Under the pieces are notes generated by a model. It was not told the DNA's origin and made no database searches. It worked only from the letters and a program-made list of their open reading frames with translations. Made by a program: the position numbers and the translations under genes. Positions 58,710 to 64,000 of a stretch of DNA of 64,000 nucleotides are shown here, piece after piece; the stretch's first letter is position 1; each line of letters begins with the position of its first letter. Location of the stretch: IMG/VR virus record IMGVR_UViG_3300038312_000089. One strand, 5' to 3'. The stretch is from an uncultured virus (IMG/VR IMGVR_UViG_3300038312_000089). Taxonomy: Duplodnaviria > Heunggongvirae > Uroviricota > Caudoviricetes.

Positions 58710-60235
58710 AAGTTCGTTTTCTGCAGCGGAATCAACTTATTGAGCAGGTTCTTCCTGCTGGCTTGACAGTCGAAGTTGATCATTATAGCAAAACCGTTTT
58801 TGGTGGCTGCGAAAAAGCTGAGCTCAATATTTCAGGCAAACAAGACCAGCTGCTTGAACTGATCAACTACCTGCGAAACGGCGTGGAGATCTATGATGAT
58901 GCCGGAAACGCGGTTTGGTGGGGTTTCATCGATAGAGTGGAAATCCCAAGGGATCAGGTCATAATCAGCGCAGATCTGGAAGAAATGCACAACAAGATCG
59001 CAGTGGCTTACAACCTGATCTCCGCTGGCGGCAACACGGTTGGGATCAGACGTACTTCCCCCTGGATTTCGGATGATGATTCAGTCGCTAAGTTTGGAAC
59101 CAAAGAACTGCTCGAGAGCGGGGGATCCATGAACGCGGTGGAAGCGGTCGCAATGGCAACCAGATTGCAAAATGAGCGCGGTTTCCCAAGAGTGTTCACC
59201 ACTTCCGGAAACGCAAAAGAAGCCAAAGTCGAATGTTTGGGCTGGTGGCAGACGTTAGGATGGCGGTATACATTTGTGCCAACAGAACTTGCACTATCTT
59301 TTCAGACGATCGGGAACGCTTCCGTCCAGTTGTTGGAAGGTGTGAAAGTGGGCCAAAGCTTTTTGGCAACCTCCGATATCAACCTGGCTGAAATGGAAAT
59401 CCATATTCGAAAAGTCGGCGGACCTGGTGATGTCAGTGTTGAATTGTCTGAATCGGTTGATGGGGTCCCTGGGACTTCAATCAGAAGCGCCACCATTAAT
59501 GCCAACAATATCACAACAACAGCGGAGTGGGTGAGAGCCACCTTCTCAGAAACGCTGGTACTTACACCTGGAAAAACCTATTATTTGACCTTCAGCTCGT
59601 CCTTTTCAACTGAGAGCAGTTACCAGGTGATCACCCTTGACCCCAATCATGGCTATGGCGGTGGGGTTTTTGTTGAATTTGATAGCGGGACCGGCGCCTG
59701 GATCCAGACGACCAAGGACATGCCCTTCCGGCTCTACAACAACGTTTTGACCGAAACGTCTCAGCAACTCCAAAATATCTTGACTGATGCGGGGCAATTT
59801 TTGCAAACGATTTTTATTAATGACCGCAGCAGTCTCTATGCGGAAAGTTACCGAAACGGCGACACGACTGCCCTGACAGAAGCTGAAGATTTTCTGGAGA
59901 TCGGCACCTCGAACAACAAGCGCTTGCTCGCCAGGGTGAATCTGGATCGAACTGTTGAAGTCTGGGAGCAACCAGACGAAACTACAAACCCACCAGTCGA
60001 AATGCGCTCTGACGGCAAGCTCTATTATCCTGCCGGTTCGCAGGTTGAGGAGCATTTTGACCCCACCGGGAAATGGATCTCCATAGAACCGATTCTGTGG
60101 GTGGCGATTGAGACAACTACTCTCACTGGTAAAAAAAGCTTTTTTTGCGATGAAGTCGAGTGGAACAAAGACGGATTGAAATTGAAGCCGGCAAACTGGC
60201 AAAACCCTTACAACCTGAGGATAATCAATGGCTAA
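58706..60235 (+). CDS. Tail tip/hub protein
   Basis: Gene order. Confidence 0.55.
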   Translation: MKVRFLQRNQLIEQVLPAGLTVEVDHYSKTVFGGCEKAELNISGKQDQLLELINYLRNGVEIYDDAGNAVWWGFIDRVEIPRDQVIISADLEEMHNKIAVAYNLISAGGNTVGIRRTSPWISDDDSVAKFGTKELLESGGSMNAVEAVAMATRLQNERGFPRVFTTSGNAKEAKVECLGWWQTLGWRYTFVPTELALSFQTIGNASVQLLEGVKVGQSFLATSDINLAEMEIHIRKVGGPGDVSVELSESVDGVPGTSIRSATINANNITTTAEWVRATFSETLVLTPGKTYYLTFSSSFSTESSYQVITLDPNHGYGGGVFVEFDSGTGAWIQTTKDMPFRLYNNVLTETSQQLQNILTDAGQFLQTIFINDRSSLYAESYRNGDTTALTEAEDFLEIGTSNNKRLLARVNLDRTVEVWEQPDETTNPPVEMRSDGKLYYPAGSQVEEHFDPTGKWISIEPILWVAIETTTLTGKKSFFCDEVEWNKDGLKLKPANWQNPYNLRIING

Positions 60236-62027
60236 CAAAGACCGAATTTCAGACTTGATGAAACGAGCCGCACCCTACCTGACACGCATGTCGGATGATG
60301 TTGCATCAGATACTGTTGCTAAAGAGATCGATGCGTTGGTCCTGGCACTTGAGTCGCACAAAGCCAGCGTGGATCATGAGCCGTACGATCATACCTGGGC
60401 GGGAAATAACAGCTTCCTTAAAGATATTTTGGTCAACACAATCCTTCCACTGATGCCTGACACGTACGATATCGGCTCTGATACCTACCGCTTCAGGAAG
60501 GGGTTCTTTTCCGAGCTGTCCAGCCTGATCTTCAAAAAAGAGAATGTCGTGATCATGGATGGGCAGTTCCTGGTGACAAAGATGGCTGGGGCATTGGCAG
60601 CGACTGCCCTTGCTGGTGCTGGGGTAATGGATTTTGGCAGGGAGATGATCGTCGGAGATTTCGTCTTGTTCCGGGGTGAAGGAAAGATTGAGTACGTTAA
60701 GGTTGGTTCCGCGGTTATTATCGGGCAGACCCTCTACAATGTTTCCCGCAACCTTGATGGCAGCGGCGCCAATGATTGGTCTGAAGGAACCCCCTTTGCA
60801 GTCCTGGGTAGTGAGGGAGAGGGTTGGCTCGAACTCAATGCGATCGACCGTAAGCGGTTCAGTGTCTGGGCACAAGGCAGCGACTACAACAACAGTTTGG
60901 AGATCGGCAGGTTCGGCGATATCACCGGCTGGCAGAACGCCCCCTACACTGGGATGGGCATAGCGCTTGGTGATTATGCCAACGGCAAGTACTTGCTCTA
61001 CACCAAAACGGATGGCATGATCGTCAAGGGTGGAACCATCATTGCCGGCGATGGCAAGGTCATAATAGACGAAAACGGATTGAGATTATTCACCGAGACA
61101 GTCTATAACGATTACACATCCCCATCATCTATAAAATTTATCCATGATGGGGTTAACTTCGGAGGTATATATGGCAGCGGCAGTCCGTCTGATGTTGGTA
61201 TCCAACAAAAAATCTATGGCGCGCCAGGGCAGATAATTAATAATTGGGACATAGCAGTAGCTAAAGACACGGGTGTCGTATACAAGTTAACGAATGCCAT
61301 GAGAGAGGGGGTGTATGGCAATTCGTATATCTTGGACGTAGCTAATTATGAGGCCGAGGTTTCAGAATCAGAGTCGCTGATAGAAATTAAAGCCAGGCAC
61401 AGCCTACTTGATACCGACCCTGTTGTTTACTATACCGCCTTGTTAAAAATATGGGCGCGGGTCGATGAATCCTTGATTGCCCTTACTGCTGAAAAAATTG
61501 ATCTCACAGCTCCGAATGGGATCATTGTCACCGGCACCCTCAAAGATCAAAGCGGAGTAGAGTATCTTAAAACAACGGGCAAAGCGGCTGACAGCAACAA
61601 GCTTGATGGAAAGACGTTCGCTCAAGTGATGTTATCCATTTACCCCGTCGGTGCAATTTTTATGAGTAGCTCCTCAACAAACCCCGGCACATTGTTTGGT
61701 GGAACCTGGGAAGAATATGGACAAGGACGCGTACTTGTTGGGAAGGCTACCTCGGGAACATTTGCAACCGCAGGAAGTACTGGTGGCGCTGAAACTCATT
61801 CTCACGGATTGTCAGCAGGTTTTGCAAAGATTGCGTCATCAGTCGATGGCTGGATTGCGATGGCTCGTAAAGCGGTGTCAACTTGGACCATCACCCATAA
61901 GAACGCCGCTACAAATAACTCCACATTAGGAACGTCATCAATAGGCGCTGACTTGGGTGGTACTACCGATTCAGGCTCGACATTACAGCCCTATGTGGTC
62001 GTTTACATGTGGAGACGAACAGCATAA
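60228..62027 (+). CDS. Tail fibre/baseplate protein
   Basis: YPVGAIFMS...NPGTLFGGTW...GRVLVG...LQPYVVVYMWRRTA C-terminal domain. Confidence 0.75.
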   Translation: MANKDRISDLMKRAAPYLTRMSDDVASDTVAKEIDALVLALESHKASVDHEPYDHTWAGNNSFLKDILVNTILPLMPDTYDIGSDTYRFRKGFFSELSSLIFKKENVVIMDGQFLVTKMAGALAATALAGAGVMDFGREMIVGDFVLFRGEGKIEYVKVGSAVIIGQTLYNVSRNLDGSGANDWSEGTPFAVLGSEGEGWLELNAIDRKRFSVWAQGSDYNNSLEIGRFGDITGWQNAPYTGMGIALGDYANGKYLLYTKTDGMIVKGGTIIAGDGKVIIDENGLRLFTETVYNDYTSPSSIKFIHDGVNFGGIYGSGSPSDVGIQQKIYGAPGQIINNWDIAVAKDTGVVYKLTNAMREGVYGNSYILDVANYEAEVSESESLIEIKARHSLLDTDPVVYYTALLKIWARVDESLIALTAEKIDLTAPNGIIVTGTLKDQSGVEYLKTTGKAADSNKLDGKTFAQVMLSIYPVGAIFMSSSSTNPGTLFGGTWEEYGQGRVLVGKATSGTFATAGSTGGAETHSHGLSAGFAKIASSVDGWIAMARKAVSTWTITHKNAATNNSTLGTSSIGADLGGTTDSGSTLQPYVVVYMWRRTA

Positions 62028-62043
62028 AGCAGGAGGCTTTGAA

Positions 62044-63291
62044 ATGGATTATCCATTTGGAATTGACATCAGCAAACATCAAGGCACAAATGACTTTGTG
62101 AAGATGAAAGCCAACACCGCTTTTGTGTTCGTCAAGGCTACTGAGAGTTGGGGCTACACAGACCCAAAGTTCTACGCAAACTGGCAAGGGCTTATCGGTC
62201 ACAATAGGGGAGCGTACTGCTACGTCTGGCTATCAGACGACCCACTCAGGCAAGCGAATCACCTCATTGATATCGTGGCTAACGCAGGCGTTGATTGGCG
62301 ATACGATCGCTTGGTACTCGACCTTGAAAAGAGCGGACACGGACTATCGAAAGCAGAAGTCACAAGACGCGTACTCGTGATGATGGAACGGATAAAAGAA
62401 ATCACGGGTAGATATCCGATTCTTTACTCTCGCAAGTACTGGCTACAGGACAATATGCTTATCACCGACCCACGATTGATTAATGCTGACTGGTGGTTGG
62501 CTTATTATCGAACGGCACTGCCGTATCCTTTGTTTACACCTGAGATGCCGTCACCGCCATTGATGCCTAATGGTGTGAGTAAGTGGCTCATTCACCAGAC
62601 TTGTGAGCGGGGCAAAGGGCGTGAGGTCGGCGTTGGCAGTTACTACGTTGACCAAAACCGATTCAATGGCACAAGAGCCGAACTTGACAGCTTCTTTGGG
62701 CGCGGCACGAATATTTACCTTCCGATTATCACCAAACCAGAACCAGTTGAAGATGACTGGACTGGACTACTGAGAGTGAAGTTGTGGTCACAGCACGACC
62801 CACGTTGGGGCGGCGACCGCATGGGTGAATCCTACTGGAGGCTCACAGAAAAAGGCTGCCTGGTTACCAGCGTGGCTATCTATCTGGATTTTCTGGGAAT
62901 AGATACCGACCCAGAACAATACAACCAGTTACTTGGCATTCATGGGGGATATCAATACGTTACCGAAAATGGTATCAAATATGCGAATATGTACTGGAGA
63001 ATTCCAGGCGTGCTATTTCCTGAGATTCAAAAGGATCTCGCTGACTACACCTGGTACTGGAATGGCACTGGCTGGGAAACACAGGCACGCTCCATACTGA
63101 GTAGCAAACGCCCTGTGTTAGGTCTCGTGGATATGTACGCAGGCGGTGCACTCAATCAGCATTGGGTCGTCATTGTCGGTGAACGTGCTAATGGTTGGTG
63201 GGCAGTTGATCCGGATACGGGCACGTTGATTAATCTCAGTAAATATCAAAATAAAGTATATCGAATCGTTAGCTATCGGAGGCTTCAATGA
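62044..63291 (+). CDS. Endolysin: GH25 muramidase plus C39-like peptidase domain
   Basis: Same motifs as 30029..31211, here intact. Confidence 0.9.
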   Translation: MDYPFGIDISKHQGTNDFVKMKANTAFVFVKATESWGYTDPKFYANWQGLIGHNRGAYCYVWLSDDPLRQANHLIDIVANAGVDWRYDRLVLDLEKSGHGLSKAEVTRRVLVMMERIKEITGRYPILYSRKYWLQDNMLITDPRLINADWWLAYYRTALPYPLFTPEMPSPPLMPNGVSKWLIHQTCERGKGREVGVGSYYVDQNRFNGTRAELDSFFGRGTNIYLPIITKPEPVEDDWTGLLRVKLWSQHDPRWGGDRMGESYWRLTEKGCLVTSVAIYLDFLGIDTDPEQYNQLLGIHGGYQYVTENGIKYANMYWRIPGVLFPEIQKDLADYTWYWNGTGWETQARSILSSKRPVLGLVDMYAGGALNQHWVVIVGERANGWWAVDPDTGTLINLSKYQNKVYRIVSYRRLQ

Positions 63292-63376
63292 AGCAAGAAG
63301 TCAGACGCGGTAGAAAATTTGTAGAATACCACCTCGGCATCGGCTGGGGCGGCATAGGGTATAGAAACGAGGCAAA

Positions 63377-63592
63377 ATGATAACAGTAAAAGTGACGAAT
63401 TGCACGATTGTTGAAAGCGAGATGGTTGTATCGTGCCAGACAACCAACACGGCGCACCCGAATATTACGCTTGAATTTTCAACCAAACACGGCTGCGGGC
63501 AAACGCTGGAAGGCGTGCAGAGTGAGATTGACGGCGGCGCAAAACTGTTGTGGATTGCGTACGCAAAACCGCAATGGAACGTTGTAGCGTAA
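63377..63592 (+). CDS. Small conserved protein (copy of 31208..31423)
   Basis: Near-identical duplicate. Confidence 0.75.
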   Translation: MITVKVTNCTIVESEMVVSCQTTNTAHPNITLEFSTKHGCGQTLEGVQSEIDGGAKLLWIAYAKPQWNVVA

Positions 63593-63603
63593 GGTAGGCT
63601 ATT

Positions 63604-64000
63604 ATGGCTCATACTTGGTCGGAAGTACAGCCTGCTGGAATTGCGGATAAGAGTTGGCAAACCTCCGCAATGTCTTCTAACGGGTCAAAGATTATCGCTG
63701 GCATTAACGGTGGTCGGCTTTACTTGTCCACTAATTCAGGTACAAATTGGTCGGAAGTCCAACCTGCTGGTGATGCGGATAAGATTTGGCAAACCTCCGC
63801 AATGTCAAGTGATGGGTCTGTTATTCTGGCTGGCGTTAATGGTGGTCGGATTTATCTCTCAACCAACTCAGGCACATCTTGGTCGGAAGTCAAACCCGCT
63901 GGAGACGCGAATAAGAGTTGGTATACCTCCGCAATGTCGGATGACGGCTCGGTCATTCTGGCTGGCATAAATGACTCCACCAATGGTCGGCTCTACTTAT
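63604..64000 (+). CDS. Beta-propeller repeat protein, variant copy (truncated by window end)
   Basis: ATG GCT CAT ACT TGG start and the same 44-aa repeats as 31435..32022. Confidence 0.8.
   Translation, partial: MAHTWSEVQPAGIADKSWQTSAMSSNGSKIIAGINGGRLYLSTNSGTNWSEVQPAGDADKIWQTSAMSSDGSVILAGVNGGRIYLSTNSGTSWSEVKPAGDANKSWYTSAMSDDGSVILAGINDSTNGRLYL

Noticed and set aside
31435..64000. Diversity-generating retroelement acting on tail genes
   Set aside because: No reverse transcriptase ORF in the window, and differences between copies are not limited to adenines
1..64000. Stop-codon reassignment
   Set aside because: Core genes are full length under the standard code and all three stops are used

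Overview
The window is entirely phage DNA and looks like two different tailed-phage genomes joined head to tail. Phage A (~1-30900 or ~1-34156) has no visible integrase. It carries ERF, a replication initiator, an RNA ligase, SSB and a PolX-like gene, then holins, terminase, an SPP1-like portal, MuF, scaffold, capsid, a glycosyltransferase/methyltransferase pair, a siphoviral tail and a GH25 lysin. Phage B (~34157-64000) is temperate. It carries a tyrosine integrase next to a tRNA-Val(CAC) 3'-half att core, a CI/Cro switch, a second recombinase with a dif-like site, an origin with DnaA boxes, an MTase-REase cargo island, HK97-like packaging genes with a P22-like coat, a tail and a lysin. The two phages share a near-identical lysin/tail-tip module and some early genes. 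An N-gap sits inside that shared module, so the junction may be an assembly chimera. The most unusual signals are non-coding: (i) a ~169-nt tmRNA-like gene, about half the normal size, with a short tag frame; (ii) a tRNA-like RNA whose anticodon arm is exactly complementary to the 5' hairpin of a separately promoted downstream RNA; (iii) a covarying H-type pseudoknot present three times; (iv) a riboswitch-like leader in front of the capsid-linked glycosyltransferase. All product calls rest on motif recognition and gene order, not database searches. The host cannot be established from this window.
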